Part shown: one piece after another, positions 29,988 through 40,378 of the stretch | How the letters are laid out: every line of letters begins with the position of its first letter | Position numbering within the stretch: position 1 is the stretch's first letter | Assembly: GCA_963832745.1 (NCBI GenBank) | Contig: CAWHVC010000003.1 | Location: 608,001-672,000 of the forward strand | Origin: Candidatus Bathyarchaeota archaeon | Lineage (GTDB): Archaea; Thermoproteota; Bathyarchaeia; Bathyarchaeales; Bathycorpusculaceae | DNA: 64,000 nt | Reading direction: 5' to 3' | Position numbers and translations under genes: made by a program | The notes under the pieces: model-generated | Database searches by the model: none | Told to the model about the DNA's origin: nothing | What the model saw: the letters and a program-made list of their open reading frames with translations, nothing else

Positions 29988-30569
29988 TTACTTTTCTTGT
30001 TCTAGTTCAATGCGGCATTCGTCGCAAAGATTTTGGCCGTTGTGTTCTTTAAGGTTTTCAGAGTAAGCTTCACAGCGGTCGCAGTAACCGGACTGCGGTG
30101 CCTCTTCAAGTTCTTCTACAGGAGAACCTTCGATGCGTGTGTGTTCCTGCATTATTTCGATAAGCTCCGGCATAACACCAAGCAGGTCTTTATCTGAAAC
30201 TATGCCAACCAAGTTGCCTTTGTAGAAGACACCTAACCGTCTGATGTCTAGGCGGTTCATTCTTCTTGCAGCGTCACTTATGGTGGCCTCAGGTTCAATG
30301 GTGACAAGTGGAGTGGTCATGATTTCTTTTGCTTTAATCTCGTCTGGCTTATTGTTTCTGGCGATTACACGGATTACTAGGTCACGTTCAGTTATGATTC
30401 CAATGGGTTTTCCTTCTTTGTTGGTGACGATTACTGCTCCTAATCCTTCTTTGTCCATTGCGGTGGCGATGTTGTTGGTTGTTTCCTCTTCGTCAGCGGT
30501 TACTACTGGGCTGCTCATAACATCTTTAACTAGCATTTTTGTTCTTAATCCAAATTCTGACATTGACAT
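29988..30569 (-). CDS. CBS-pair protein with C-terminal Zn ribbon
   Basis: VKDVMSSPV, GIITERD, CDRC...CDEC. Confidence 0.9.
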   Translation of the reverse strand: MSMSEFGLRTKMLVKDVMSSPVVTADEEETTNNIATAMDKEGLGAVIVTNKEGKPIGIITERDLVIRVIARNNKPDEIKAKEIMTTPLVTIEPEATISDAARRMNRLDIRRLGVFYKGNLVGIVSDKDLLGVMPELIEIMQEHTRIEGSPVEELEEAPQSGYCDRCEAYSENLKEHNGQNLCDECRIELEQEK

Positions 30570-30729
30570 ATCCACTCGATAACTGAGATAATTCGCCTTT
30601 ACATGTTCAAAATAAGAAAAGCGCAATTTAAGAGTTGCCTACACAATGCTTGCAAAAATACTGTCCAATTTTTCTGCAAGTTTTATATCGCGCCCCATTC
30701 TCTTAACCCAGACGCTGAAGATGACCTTG

Positions 30730-31617
30730 ATGTTGAGAACAAACCGTGAAAAACTTGTCAAAATCTCTGTAATGGGCGAAGTAGCAAGCCCAACAACAAG
30801 AAATGTTTACAACATTTCAGCTACCGGAACCCCCTGCATATTGCCCGGTGTAGGAGGCATAACTTACAATCTGCGTGTTGGCGACCCCGCGTGTGGTTGG
30901 GAAGCAGATCACGTTGAACCCTGCGTCAGCACCGATAACAAAGAAAATGATGCACGCTCAGGTATGACAGCAAACACTGCCTATAACGTCCTCTCCTGTG
31001 TTGGTAATCAGGCTACAGTTGCAAGTGGAAGCGCCAAAGGCGAAACAGGTACAGTAACAGGAAAACACGGCGGCATAGAGCATGTACTAATAGATTTTAA
31101 ACCTGAAATCCTTGATAGGCTTGTAATCGGTGACCAGATTCTCATAAAAGCTTACGGTACAGGCTTAAAACTACTCGATTTTCCCGAAATAAAACTGGTA
31201 AATATGGACCCAAGCTTGCTTGACGCAATGAACCCTCAGGTTAATGGCGAAAAGCTTGAGGTTCCCGTTACGCATCTTATTCCTGCAGCTATAATGGGTT
31301 CTGGTTTGGGTGCTAATCAGGTTAACAGCGGCGACTATGACATTCAACTTTTTGATGACTTGGTGGTTAAGCAGTTTGGGCTTGAAGACCTGCGGCTCGG
31401 AGATCTTGTTGCTATTATGGATGCTGACCATTCTTATGGTAGAATTTATCGACAGGGCGCAGTTTCAGTTGGCGTTGTGGTTCACACCAATTGTGTAACA
31501 GCTGGGCATGGTCCGGGCGTTACAACTTTGATGACTTCTGCAAGCGGTAAAATAATTCCTCAGATAAATCCGAAAGCAAACCTTGCTTCTCTGCTAAAAT
31601 TACGGGCAGATATATAA
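30730..31617 (+). CDS. DUF4438 (TM1086-like) protein
   Basis: RTN.EKLV.ISV.GE, GGITYN, DHVEP, GKHGG, AGHGPGV motifs. Confidence 0.8.
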   Translation: MLRTNREKLVKISVMGEVASPTTRNVYNISATGTPCILPGVGGITYNLRVGDPACGWEADHVEPCVSTDNKENDARSGMTANTAYNVLSCVGNQATVASGSAKGETGTVTGKHGGIEHVLIDFKPEILDRLVIGDQILIKAYGTGLKLLDFPEIKLVNMDPSLLDAMNPQVNGEKLEVPVTHLIPAAIMGSGLGANQVNSGDYDIQLFDDLVVKQFGLEDLRLGDLVAIMDADHSYGRIYRQGAVSVGVVVHTNCVTAGHGPGVTTLMTSASGKIIPQINPKANLASLLKLRADI

Positions 31618-31668
31618 GATAGTTAATTCAATATTTGGAACAATAATAGATTAAAGAGGTCAAAATAG

Positions 31669-31962
31669 TTGCCAGTTAAACGTAAAAGCCGAGGAAGAGC
31701 AAAAGGTAGCAAAGGAAGCAGCAGTCTTGTTCAATGCGTAAATTGTGGGGCAATGGTGCCGCGTGACAAAGCAAAGCGGTCAACACGTAGAGTGTCTTTT
31801 GTTGAGCCACAGTTGGCAAAGGAACTTAGGCAAAAAGGTACATTCTTAGCCTCTTGGGTTGATACTAAATATTACTGTATTTCATGTGCAGTGCACCGTG
31901 GCATCGTCAAAGTACGTGCTGAAAACGAACGCCACTCAAAAGGTTACAAAAGAAGATTCTAA
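31669..31962 (+). CDS. rps26e: 30S ribosomal protein S26e
   Basis: P.KRKSRGR.KG, C.NCG..VPRDKA, YCISCAVH. Confidence 0.96.
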   Translation: MPVKRKSRGRAKGSKGSSSLVQCVNCGAMVPRDKAKRSTRRVSFVEPQLAKELRQKGTFLASWVDTKYYCISCAVHRGIVKVRAENERHSKGYKRRF

Positions 31963-31994
31963 GCTTCTAAACGCCTTTTCTTGATATTTCTTTT

Positions 31995-32591
31995 TTACTT
32001 TTTTAACGCTTTATACACGTGATACGCTCTTTGAATCACGGTAAAGTTCGCGAGTACTGCTAAAACGATTATTCCGTAGTTTAAGGCTGGTAGATAAAAC
32101 ACTGCCGCAATCGTGAATACTGCCAAGATTAACATGCGTTCTGCACGTTCAGCAAATCCTACCGACTCCATTTTTATTCCGACACCTTCAGCCCTTGCAC
32201 GTGTGTAACTTACAAGCACAGAACCCGCCAACGCTGCAAGCCCCCAAACTGGGTTGCATAAGCCACTGATGATTATTCCAGCATAAACCGCTGCATCAGC
32301 ATACCTATCCAGTACAGAATCAAAAAAGGCGCCAAAAGTTGAGGCCTGATTAAACGTTCGAGCTACTATGCCGTCCATTGTGTCGCTAAATCCTGAGGCT
32401 AACATGAACACTACTGCTAAAACTAGAAACAGAACCGGCTGCGTGGGGACTATAGCGTATGCAACTGCGGATGCTAAAGACAGGATGAAGCCGACGATGC
32501 TGATTTTGTTTGGCGTAAACCCTAACTTGTGTGCAATGTTTGCTTCAGTGCCAAGCATTTCTTGGATTTGTTTCTTAAGTTTGGTTAGCAA
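31995..32591 (-). CDS. CDP-alcohol phosphatidyltransferase (archaetidylinositol-phosphate synthase-like)
   Basis: TPN..S, D..DG.VAR...S.FGAFFDSVLDRYAD, SYTRARAE motifs. Confidence 0.9.
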   Translation of the reverse strand: MLTKLKKQIQEMLGTEANIAHKLGFTPNKISIVGFILSLASAVAYAIVPTQPVLFLVLAVVFMLASGFSDTMDGIVARTFNQASTFGAFFDSVLDRYADAAVYAGIIISGLCNPVWGLAALAGSVLVSYTRARAEGVGIKMESVGFAERAERMLILAVFTIAAVFYLPALNYGIIVLAVLANFTVIQRAYHVYKALKK

Positions 32592-32832
32592 TTTTTTGGG
32601 TCTCTCGGTTTTTGCTGTGTTTATTGCCAATTACTGGTTGGCTGTAATAAAGGCTTTTCCAGAAGGGTGCCTTTAAGCCCTGTTTTGGGACTGAAATTCG
32701 GATTCTAAGTTCGGTTATTTTCAGTGAACTTATAAGGAAGTTAACGGATTAATAGGATGGTGACGTTCTGACGCGCACCAGAGCGCATAGCAGCAACGTT
32801 ACACAAAGCAACAATAAAAGGAGTAAAACAAA

Positions 32833-33123
32833 ATGACTGAAAACGCAGACGTAATCTTCGTCGGAAACAAACCACCAATGAGCTATGTTTTAGCAATTAT
32901 AACAAGTCTCTCCTCAGGCAACCTGAAAGAAATCACTTTGAAAGCAAGAGGCCAAGCAATTACCACAGCAGTTGACGTAGCTGAAATTGCAAGGAACCGT
33001 TTTGTAAAAGACCTCAAAGTGAGCAAGATTGCCATCGGTACAGCCGAGATGCCGCCACGCGAGGGAGAGAGCAAGTCCAGAATGGTTTCCACGATGGAGA
33101 TAACCTTAAGCAAAAAAGCATAA
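32833..33123 (+). CDS. albA: DNA/RNA-binding protein Alba
   Basis: IFVGNKPPMSYVLA, LKARGQAI..AVDVAE, VSTMEI.L. Confidence 0.96.
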   Translation: MTENADVIFVGNKPPMSYVLAIITSLSSGNLKEITLKARGQAITTAVDVAEIARNRFVKDLKVSKIAIGTAEMPPREGESKSRMVSTMEITLSKKA

Positions 33124-33269
33124 GGCGTAAAATCGTAAAAACCAATTCCTAAACAATCAAACCTTTCTTTTATTTTTTAAGATCTTTTCTTCTGCTTTTG
33201 CATTTTTTTTCGTTTTTTTTGTCTAACAAGTAACAAGTTTTAAATCTACGTCTAAAGCAAGTTAGGGTT

Positions 33270-34724
33270 ATGATGGGGAATAGATTGAGAACTATACCTT
33301 CCCTTCTTGTAGTGTTAGTTATAGCCCTTTTAGCTTGGTCATCAGTTTACGTTAACGTTTTACAAGCACAAGGTGAAGATTACACACTTGTGGGTGGTGT
33401 TATTGATACCGATACTATTTGGACACTTGATAGCAGTCCATATTTCTTGACGACACCTGTTTTGGTAAGCGAAGGTACAACATTAACAATAGAACCCGGT
33501 GTCACAGTTTGTATTAATGCTTCTTACATTAAAGTTGATGGCACATTAATTGCAAAGGGGAATGGTAACCAAAAAATAGTCCTAACCCAAAACGACACCT
33601 ACTATGTTCCGCTTGAATATTTGAATGCTAAACCAGCCATAGAATTTTCAAGTACAAGTATCCCTTGGAATGAAGCAAGCCAGACCGGTTGTATCCTTGA
33701 AAACACAGTTATAAGTAGTGCTCGCAGTGGTTACTATTATACAATAAAAATTTCTAATGCTTCCCCAAAAATAAGTAACAGTACCATAACAACTTATGGT
33801 GATTCTTGGTCAATATACGTTGATAGCGGTTCTCCCATTATAGCAAACAATACCATAACAAGCAAGTATCACGGAATTACAGTAAACTCCCATAGTGGCG
33901 TTCCAAAGTCAATTGTTAGCATTGTTGACAATATTATTTATGGATGTGAAATAGGAATTTCAATAGGCAGTGGGAGCCCTGTCATAGAAAGGAACTTAAT
34001 CATTAACAACGTTGGCGACCACTCAGATGATTGCGGAATTTTTGTCAATTGGCGAGACAATGGCAATAAAGCTGATGTTCCACCTGTAATTAAAAACAAC
34101 ACTATTGCAAAGAATTCTAATGGTATACGATACGCTTCACCATACGACTGCCTAATTGAGTACAATAACTTTTACCAAAATAATCAATACAATATTTACT
34201 TGAGGTATGAAACCACCTCAAACATTACTGCTACAAACAACTGGTGGGGGACAATAGCAACCTCAGAGATTAACCAGACAATCTACGATTTTAAAAATGA
34301 CTTCAACTTAGGCAAAGTAAATTTTGTTCCCTTCCTGTTAGCACCCAATCCGCAAGCGCCAACAATCCCAACATACACAATAATTGCAGCCGCAGGTAAC
34401 GGTGGCTCCATTAGTCCAAGCGGAAGCTTCATAATTGCCTATGGTGACAGCCAAGTTTTCAACGTGACTTCCGATTCTGGTTACCAGCTGACAAACGTTT
34501 TAATTGACGGCTTACCTGCGTCTGCTCCATACACAGTTTCAAATGTAGTTGCTGATGGTCACACAATAATTGCCTCTTTTGAGCAATCTCCAGTCTCGAC
34601 ATCCACACCTTCACCAACACCACCTTCTGTTATACCCGAAATGCCCTCTTTATTGATGACTGCAGTGCTAATGTTGACAGTTCTCGGAGCAACAGTGTTG
34701 ACTCGAAAGAAAAAAGTCAACTAG
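33270..34724 (+). CDS. Beta-helix (NosD/PbH1) surface protein with PEF-CTERM-like sorting signal
   Basis: Signal peptide, I.NN.I repeats, ATNNWWG, S/T/P linker, IPEMPS + TM + RKKK. Confidence 0.82.
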   Translation: MMGNRLRTIPSLLVVLVIALLAWSSVYVNVLQAQGEDYTLVGGVIDTDTIWTLDSSPYFLTTPVLVSEGTTLTIEPGVTVCINASYIKVDGTLIAKGNGNQKIVLTQNDTYYVPLEYLNAKPAIEFSSTSIPWNEASQTGCILENTVISSARSGYYYTIKISNASPKISNSTITTYGDSWSIYVDSGSPIIANNTITSKYHGITVNSHSGVPKSIVSIVDNIIYGCEIGISIGSGSPVIERNLIINNVGDHSDDCGIFVNWRDNGNKADVPPVIKNNTIAKNSNGIRYASPYDCLIEYNNFYQNNQYNIYLRYETTSNITATNNWWGTIATSEINQTIYDFKNDFNLGKVNFVPFLLAPNPQAPTIPTYTIIAAAGNGGSISPSGSFIIAYGDSQVFNVTSDSGYQLTNVLIDGLPASAPYTVSNVVADGHTIIASFEQSPVSTSTPSPTPPSVIPEMPSLLMTAVLMLTVLGATVLTRKKKVN

Positions 34725-34749
34725 TGCTTCTCTTTTTTAGAAACTCTTA

Positions 34750-34861
34750 CTGACCTATTTGGATCATATTAGAAACTCTATGCAGAAGCCTAGGGGGTCT
34801 AAAATCCCTAAAGGGGGGTAGGTCCGTATTGGCTGAAAACCCGCTCATTAGCATGTTGAAA
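34750..34861 (-). repeat. Dispersed repeat copy E (reverse strand, duplicated left half-site)
   Basis: Reverse complement reads TTTCAACATGCTAATG...ACCTACCCCCCTTTAGG...GACCCCCTAGGCTTCTGCATAGAGTTTCTAATATGATCCAAATAGGTCAG. Confidence 0.78.
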
Positions 34862-34942
34862 TTCAGTGTTTATGGTTTCTGTGGTGTGGTTGGGGAAATC
34901 GTAAGGTTAAAATCTTAAAGGGTCTGTAAGTGAATTATTCGC

Positions 34943-36241
34943 GTGAAGACTATGTTAGATATCAAGCTTATCCGTGAAAGCCCCGACCTTGTAAGAGCCA
35001 ACCTGGAGAAAAGAAACAACCCAGAAAACCTGCAAATGCTCGACGAACTTATCGCTCTTGACAAGCAGTGGCGGCTCAACCTTACAAGCCTTAACGATTT
35101 GCGTCACGACCGCAAACTGGTCACAATGGAAGTTGCCAAACTCAAAAAAACTGGTCAAGACGCTCAAGCTCAAGTTGAAAAAGCCAAAGCAATAGACGTC
35201 CAAATCACCGCAGTCGAAAAGCAAGTAGCTCAGGAAGAAGAAAAAGAACGGGATCTACTCCTGAAACTACCTAACATGCTTGACCCAACCGTTCCATTGG
35301 GCAAAGATGACCATGACAACGTCCAAATAAAAACTTGGGGAAACATTCCACAATTCAATTTCCCAATCAAAAACCATCTCGACTTAGCGGATAATCTTGG
35401 CTTAATTGACATGGAACGCGCAGGAAAAATCAGTGGCTCCCGTTTCTTCTTCCTTAAAAACGAGTTGGCGCTTCTAGATTTAGCGTTGATGAATTTTGCT
35501 ATGCAAGAACTCTCAAAGAAAGGCTACGTGGCTGTGGAGCCGCCTTACATGATTAACAAGGCAGCTTACGAAGGCGTAACCGCACTTGCGGACTTTGTTG
35601 ACGTACTTTATAAGATTGAAGGCGAAGACCTCTACATGATCGCCACCAGCGAACATCCAATGGCTGCCATGTACATGGGCGAAGTTATCAAAGAACCGGA
35701 TATGCCGCTTAAACTTGCAGGCTTAAGCACCTGTTTCCGCAAAGAAGCCGGAGCACACGGAAAAGACACACGAGGAATTTTCCGTACTCACCAATTTAAC
35801 AAGATTGAACAATTCATTTTCTGCAAACCCGAAGACTCAGCAAGGTTGCATGAGGAACTGCTAGCGAACGCTGAGGATTTGTTGCAGAAACTTGAGTTGC
35901 CTTACCGCATAGTTAACGTTTGCACTGGTGACATTGGCACTGTTGCAGCTAAAAAGTATGATATTGAAGCTTGGATGCCCGCGCAGAATGGGTACCGTGA
36001 AGTAGTCAGTTGTAGCAACTGCACCGATTACCAAGCAAGACGATTGGGCATTCGTTACCGCGAGAAAGAGGGTGCGCCCACGAAGGGTTTCTTGCATACG
36101 CTTAACTCTACTGCGATTGCAACGGGAAGAACCATTGTTGCACTGCTTGAGAATAATCAGAATGAGGATGGCTCAATAAATGTGCCTAAGGCTCTTAGAA
36201 AATATATGGGTGACGTCGAAAAAATAGACAAAAAACGGTAA
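34943..36241 (+). CDS. serS: Seryl-tRNA synthetase
   Basis: MLDIKLIRE, ATSEHP, FRKEAG.HG.DTRGIFR.HQF, SCSNCTDYQARRL. Confidence 0.97.
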   Translation: MKTMLDIKLIRESPDLVRANLEKRNNPENLQMLDELIALDKQWRLNLTSLNDLRHDRKLVTMEVAKLKKTGQDAQAQVEKAKAIDVQITAVEKQVAQEEEKERDLLLKLPNMLDPTVPLGKDDHDNVQIKTWGNIPQFNFPIKNHLDLADNLGLIDMERAGKISGSRFFFLKNELALLDLALMNFAMQELSKKGYVAVEPPYMINKAAYEGVTALADFVDVLYKIEGEDLYMIATSEHPMAAMYMGEVIKEPDMPLKLAGLSTCFRKEAGAHGKDTRGIFRTHQFNKIEQFIFCKPEDSARLHEELLANAEDLLQKLELPYRIVNVCTGDIGTVAAKKYDIEAWMPAQNGYREVVSCSNCTDYQARRLGIRYREKEGAPTKGFLHTLNSTAIATGRTIVALLENNQNEDGSINVPKALRKYMGDVEKIDKKR

Positions 36242-36290
36242 AACCTTTTATATTGCTTTGAGAATGTTGAGGCACGTTTGGAGGATTACT

Positions 36291-37019
36291 TTGTCTTCAA
36301 AAGCAAAACACGTACGCGATAAATGGCGAGGCAAATCATGGTTCAACGTAGTAGCGCCATCGTTCTTCGGAAACGTTGATTTAGGTGCAATACCGGCAGA
36401 AACAACAGACCAACTAATCGGTAGAGTTGTTGAAGCTACACTGTATGATATTACAGGTGACTTTTCTCATCACTATTTGAAAATGTTCTTCCAAATAGGC
36501 GCAATGGACGGTAAAACCGCCAAAACAATGTTCAAGGGTCACGAATATTCACGTGATTATTTGCGCAGTTTAGTTAGAAGAAGAACAACCAAAGTGGACG
36601 GCCTATTCAATTTAACAACCAAAGACGGCTACAAACTAAGAATCGCCGTTTCAGCCTTAACACTTTCACGCATAAAGACTTCACAAGAAAAAATCATCCG
36701 CAACATCATGATAAAAATCATTAAAGAAAAAGCAGCAGCACTCACAATGGACCAATTCGTTCAAGAAATGGTTCTCGGCAAAATCGCATCAGACATCTAC
36801 AACGAGTCAAAACAGGTTGCACCACTACGTCATGTTGGTATACGCAAATCAAAACTTATTAGTGCACCCGCAAATGCTCCACAGCTTATCTTAGCCGCTG
36901 GCACAGCAACTGTTGAACCAGTTGAAGAAGCCGAGCCAGAGGAAGAAGAAGTCGCTGAAGCCGCAGACATAGCAGCCGAACAAGTCGCGGACGACGAAGA
37001 AGAAACAGAAGAAGAATAA
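36291..37019 (+). CDS. rps3ae: 30S ribosomal protein S3Ae
   Basis: RDKW..K.WF.V.AP, GRVVE.TLYDITGD, DYLRSLVRR. TTG after GGAGG; acidic tail. Confidence 0.95.
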   Translation: MSSKAKHVRDKWRGKSWFNVVAPSFFGNVDLGAIPAETTDQLIGRVVEATLYDITGDFSHHYLKMFFQIGAMDGKTAKTMFKGHEYSRDYLRSLVRRRTTKVDGLFNLTTKDGYKLRIAVSALTLSRIKTSQEKIIRNIMIKIIKEKAAALTMDQFVQEMVLGKIASDIYNESKQVAPLRHVGIRKSKLISAPANAPQLILAAGTATVEPVEEAEPEEEEVAEAADIAAEQVADDEEETEEE

Positions 37020-37117
37020 GCTTTCTTCTCAACCTTTTCATTTTAAATTATTTTTTGTTTCCAAAACAGTCTTAAAAGGCACTACGTTAAGCATCTCCTG
37101 TTTTGAGGGTTTAGTTT

Positions 37118-37573
37118 ATGGTTAACCATGCAGGTGTACATGAAAAAGGCTCAATCAACGTTAATGATGTAATTGAAAGCATCAAAAACCATGAAGACTT
37201 CAGCAAAGCTGGCGCCATAGGATTATTTATCGGTGTAGTCAGGGGAGAAACTCTTGAAGGCGGTGAGAAGGTGGAAAAACTTACCTTGGAAGCGTATGAA
37301 GAAAAAGCCGATGAAGTGCTTGGCAAAATCTGTGACGATTTAGTGCAGAAACCGGGGATTATTGATGTGCAGATTCACCATTTAACAGGCGAATTTAACG
37401 TTGGTGATGACCTTGTGTACGTCGCCGTTGCAGGTTCCCACCGGCAGCAGCTTTTTCCGGTATTGCAGGAAGCAGTTGAACGTTACAAGAGTGAAGCACC
37501 CATCTTCAAAAAAGAACACATCACCAGCGAAAAGGGCAAATCTGAGTATTGGGTTTCAGAAAGACATCATTAG
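37118..37573 (+). CDS. moaE: Molybdopterin synthase catalytic subunit
   Basis: GAI..FIGVVR, V.VAGSHR, K..APIFKKE. Confidence 0.92.
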   Translation: MVNHAGVHEKGSINVNDVIESIKNHEDFSKAGAIGLFIGVVRGETLEGGEKVEKLTLEAYEEKADEVLGKICDDLVQKPGIIDVQIHHLTGEFNVGDDLVYVAVAGSHRQQLFPVLQEAVERYKSEAPIFKKEHITSEKGKSEYWVSERHH

Positions 37574-37593
37574 CTTGGTAAACGTGACAGTGT

Positions 37594-38517
37594 ATGATTA
37601 CAGCTTTAGCAGGCGGAGTTGGGGCAGCCCGATTCTTAACAGGATTAACGCAGTTGATTAAAGAGGACGATTTAACGGTTATTGTTAACACAGGCGACGA
37701 CGTTGACCTTTTTGGTTTGCATATTTCTCCTGACATTGATATTGTAACTTACACGCTTGCCGGAATCGTTAACGAAGAAAAAGGCTGGGGCATCAAAGGA
37801 GACACGTTTGAATGCTTAAACATGCTCAAACGATTCGGTTTAGCAGACGCAGAATGGTTTAACCTTGGCGACCGAGACTTCGCCACCAGCATTATGCGCA
37901 CAAACATGTTCAAAAACGGTGGCGCCCTCTCGCAAATATCTGCAAAAGTAAGCTGTGCCTTGGGCCTTAAACTGAAGATTTTGCCTATGACCGACGACAA
38001 GTTTGCCACTCATGTACGAATCTCTGAGGGCTCTATCCATTTTGAGGAGTACATGGTTAAACGGGGAGCACAAGACCAAGTGTTAGGCGTCGAGTTTGTC
38101 GGAGCAAAAGCGGCTAAGCCTGCACCGGGCGTTGTTGAATCGATAATGACTTCGGAGAAAGTGATTATCTGTCCTAGCAACCCCATAGTAAGCATTGGCA
38201 CGATTCTTTCAGTTCCAGGTATAAGGGCAGCTTTGCAGAAAACCAGTGCCAAGAAGATTGCAATTAGTCCAATTGTTGCTGGTGCACCGATTAAGGGTCC
38301 AGCTGATAAACTGCTGAGCGGTTTAGGTGTTGAGGTTTCAGCTTTTGGGGTTGCAAAATTGTATGCTGATTTCTTGGATGGTTTCGTTATTGACATTGCG
38401 GATGCTAAGGAAAAGGGTCGGATAGAGGCTTTAGGCATTAAAGTGGCGGTTACTAACACTTTGATGAAGGATTTGGCTTCTAAGGTAGCGTTAGCTAAAA
38501 TAGTGCTCGGCTTGTAA
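37594..38517 (+). CDS. cofD: 2-phospho-L-lactate transferase
   Basis: LAGGVGAARF, NTGDD, SPDID, LGDRD, PSNP.VSI, GPA.K. Confidence 0.93.
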   Translation: MITALAGGVGAARFLTGLTQLIKEDDLTVIVNTGDDVDLFGLHISPDIDIVTYTLAGIVNEEKGWGIKGDTFECLNMLKRFGLADAEWFNLGDRDFATSIMRTNMFKNGGALSQISAKVSCALGLKLKILPMTDDKFATHVRISEGSIHFEEYMVKRGAQDQVLGVEFVGAKAAKPAPGVVESIMTSEKVIICPSNPIVSIGTILSVPGIRAALQKTSAKKIAISPIVAGAPIKGPADKLLSGLGVEVSAFGVAKLYADFLDGFVIDIADAKEKGRIEALGIKVAVTNTLMKDLASKVALAKIVLGL

Positions 38518-38585
38518 GCTTGATAGTTGTTAGTCTATTAAGATAAGGGTTATATTTCAACACACGAATACTGTTTCTATCAAGT

Positions 38586-39269
38586 TTGGGAGTGCCTGCC
38601 GTGGAAAAAAGAAGCTATGATTGGTTTGAGCAACGAAGAAGAACAAGAGGCTTAGAGCTTGCGCATGAGCAAATCACTAAAGCCTTTGATACAGTAACTT
38701 GGCTGCATAAGGCCACTAAAAGTTTTTCAGAAAAAAACATTACTGATGCAAAAAAATACATTGAAAACCTGTATTTAGCCGAGGAAGAAGTTGATAAACT
38801 AAGAACTGACACCTTCCTTGAACTGTCTAAAGGTGCCGCGTTGGTTTCAGATTACCGCGAAGATCTTTTGCATCTTGTAAAACGTCTTGATACTTTGGCT
38901 GACCACACTAAGGATGCTGCAAGATGCCTTGAAATGCTCGCTGAAGCTGACATTCCTTCTGAACTTTGTCAAAAAACTGTTTACATGACTGGCAAACTTG
39001 TTGAAACTGCACAAATGCTTCGAAGCAGCATAGAAAAAATCTCTTCCAACCCCATGGAGGCTGTAAAAGAAGCTAAACAAGTCGGCGAAATTGAGCATGA
39101 CATTGACACTGAATACCTAAGAACCAAAGGGTTATTCGTAAAGTATGGTGCCAACATGAACTGCGGAGCGATGGTTATCTTTGACGACCTGATCGAGTTT
39201 ATTGAACAAGCCGCAGACATGTGTGCTGACACAGCCGACTACATCTTGGTGCTTTCAAGCAGAGAATAA
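38586..39269 (+). CDS. DUF47 / PhoU-like phosphate transport regulator
   Basis: Twin helical repeats EEEVDK.R and EHDID...E..AD...D.AD. Confidence 0.85.
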   Translation: MGVPAVEKRSYDWFEQRRRTRGLELAHEQITKAFDTVTWLHKATKSFSEKNITDAKKYIENLYLAEEEVDKLRTDTFLELSKGAALVSDYREDLLHLVKRLDTLADHTKDAARCLEMLAEADIPSELCQKTVYMTGKLVETAQMLRSSIEKISSNPMEAVKEAKQVGEIEHDIDTEYLRTKGLFVKYGANMNCGAMVIFDDLIEFIEQAADMCADTADYILVLSSRE

Positions 39270-39346
39270 CCTGCTTTTCCTTTTTCTAGTGTTTTGTTTG
39301 TTTTGTTGATGCTTTTGTATACAGACAGCCGTCAGTTACACCGGTT

Positions 39347-39457
39347 TTTCAATATACTGATAAGTTGTTAATAATCCTGTGAGCTTGCCCATCTATGAAA
39401 AGGTAGACCCCCTATAGGTTTCAATATAGAACCACTAATAGTAGCCAAATAGACTGA
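39347..39457 (+). repeat. Dispersed repeat copy D
   Basis: TTTCAATATACTGAT...GACCCCCTATAGGTTTCAATATAGAACCACTAATAGTAGCCAAATAGACTGA. Confidence 0.75.
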
Positions 39458-39556
39458 CAAGCAAATAATGTTTAACCAATTTTAGAAAAACGCCTAAACT
39501 TCAGTCAAGGGTTGTTTTACTGAAAGCTTTTTATCATATAGTAATTCCCAGTAATT

Positions 39557-40378
39557 ATGGGTAATCTGAGTAAAGGGCTGACTTTAGTTCTGATTCTAAC
39601 TGTAGCCTTCTCATCTCTAAGCTTATTAATTATTGAACCTGTAAAGGCTCAGTCAGTGAACTCTACCAAAGAATTCAGCCATCTAACACATGAAAATTTT
39701 ACCTTAGTTCCTGACGCAACTGTTTTAATACAAATTCAGTTGAAGGAAGGTGATTATGTTGAAGGGTCTTTTGAAGTTAGCAATTTCCACTATTATCCAG
39801 ATGTTTTCAACAATGGAGTGCTCACAACTTATCGTGTTGGCATAAAAATTGAAGATGCAAAATATCAGACTATTTATGATTATTTTCCAGAGACACACGG
39901 CTCTTTTAATTTTACTGCCTCAAACTCAGGACTTTATACGATTCCTTGTTCTTGTAATTATATCTATTTGGTTGATAATCCGATTGCGCCTCAATTGACA
40001 ATGAATTTTACTGTAAGAGGTGTTGCGATGCAAGTGAACGTTTTATCGCCATTAACCCAACTCTACACGGAATCAAATGTTAGATTAAGTTTTACAACTA
40101 ACAGGTTTGCAGATTGGACTAGCTACAATCTTGACGCTAAAGGTAATGTTACTTGTGACGGCAATACAACGCTTACAGAATTATCTAACGGTATACACAA
40201 TCTCATAATTTACTCTAATGATACATATGGAAATATGGATACGAAAACCGTAACATTTACTATTGTTGAGGGTTCCATGTTTACAACAGCCCTAATCATC
40301 ATTATCGCTGTACCTGTTGTCGCTCTTTCAATAGTGTTTTACCGAAGGCATCGAAAAACCGATAAAATAAACCAATGA
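39557..40378 (+). CDS. Membrane-anchored surface protein (beta-sandwich + Ig-like stalk)
   Basis: Signal peptide, LS.G.H.L.IYSND.YGN Ig-like motif, C-terminal TM + RRHRK. Confidence 0.8.
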   Translation: MGNLSKGLTLVLILTVAFSSLSLLIIEPVKAQSVNSTKEFSHLTHENFTLVPDATVLIQIQLKEGDYVEGSFEVSNFHYYPDVFNNGVLTTYRVGIKIEDAKYQTIYDYFPETHGSFNFTASNSGLYTIPCSCNYIYLVDNPIAPQLTMNFTVRGVAMQVNVLSPLTQLYTESNVRLSFTTNRFADWTSYNLDAKGNVTCDGNTTLTELSNGIHNLIIYSNDTYGNMDTKTVTFTIVEGSMFTTALIIIIAVPVVALSIVFYRRHRKTDKINQ

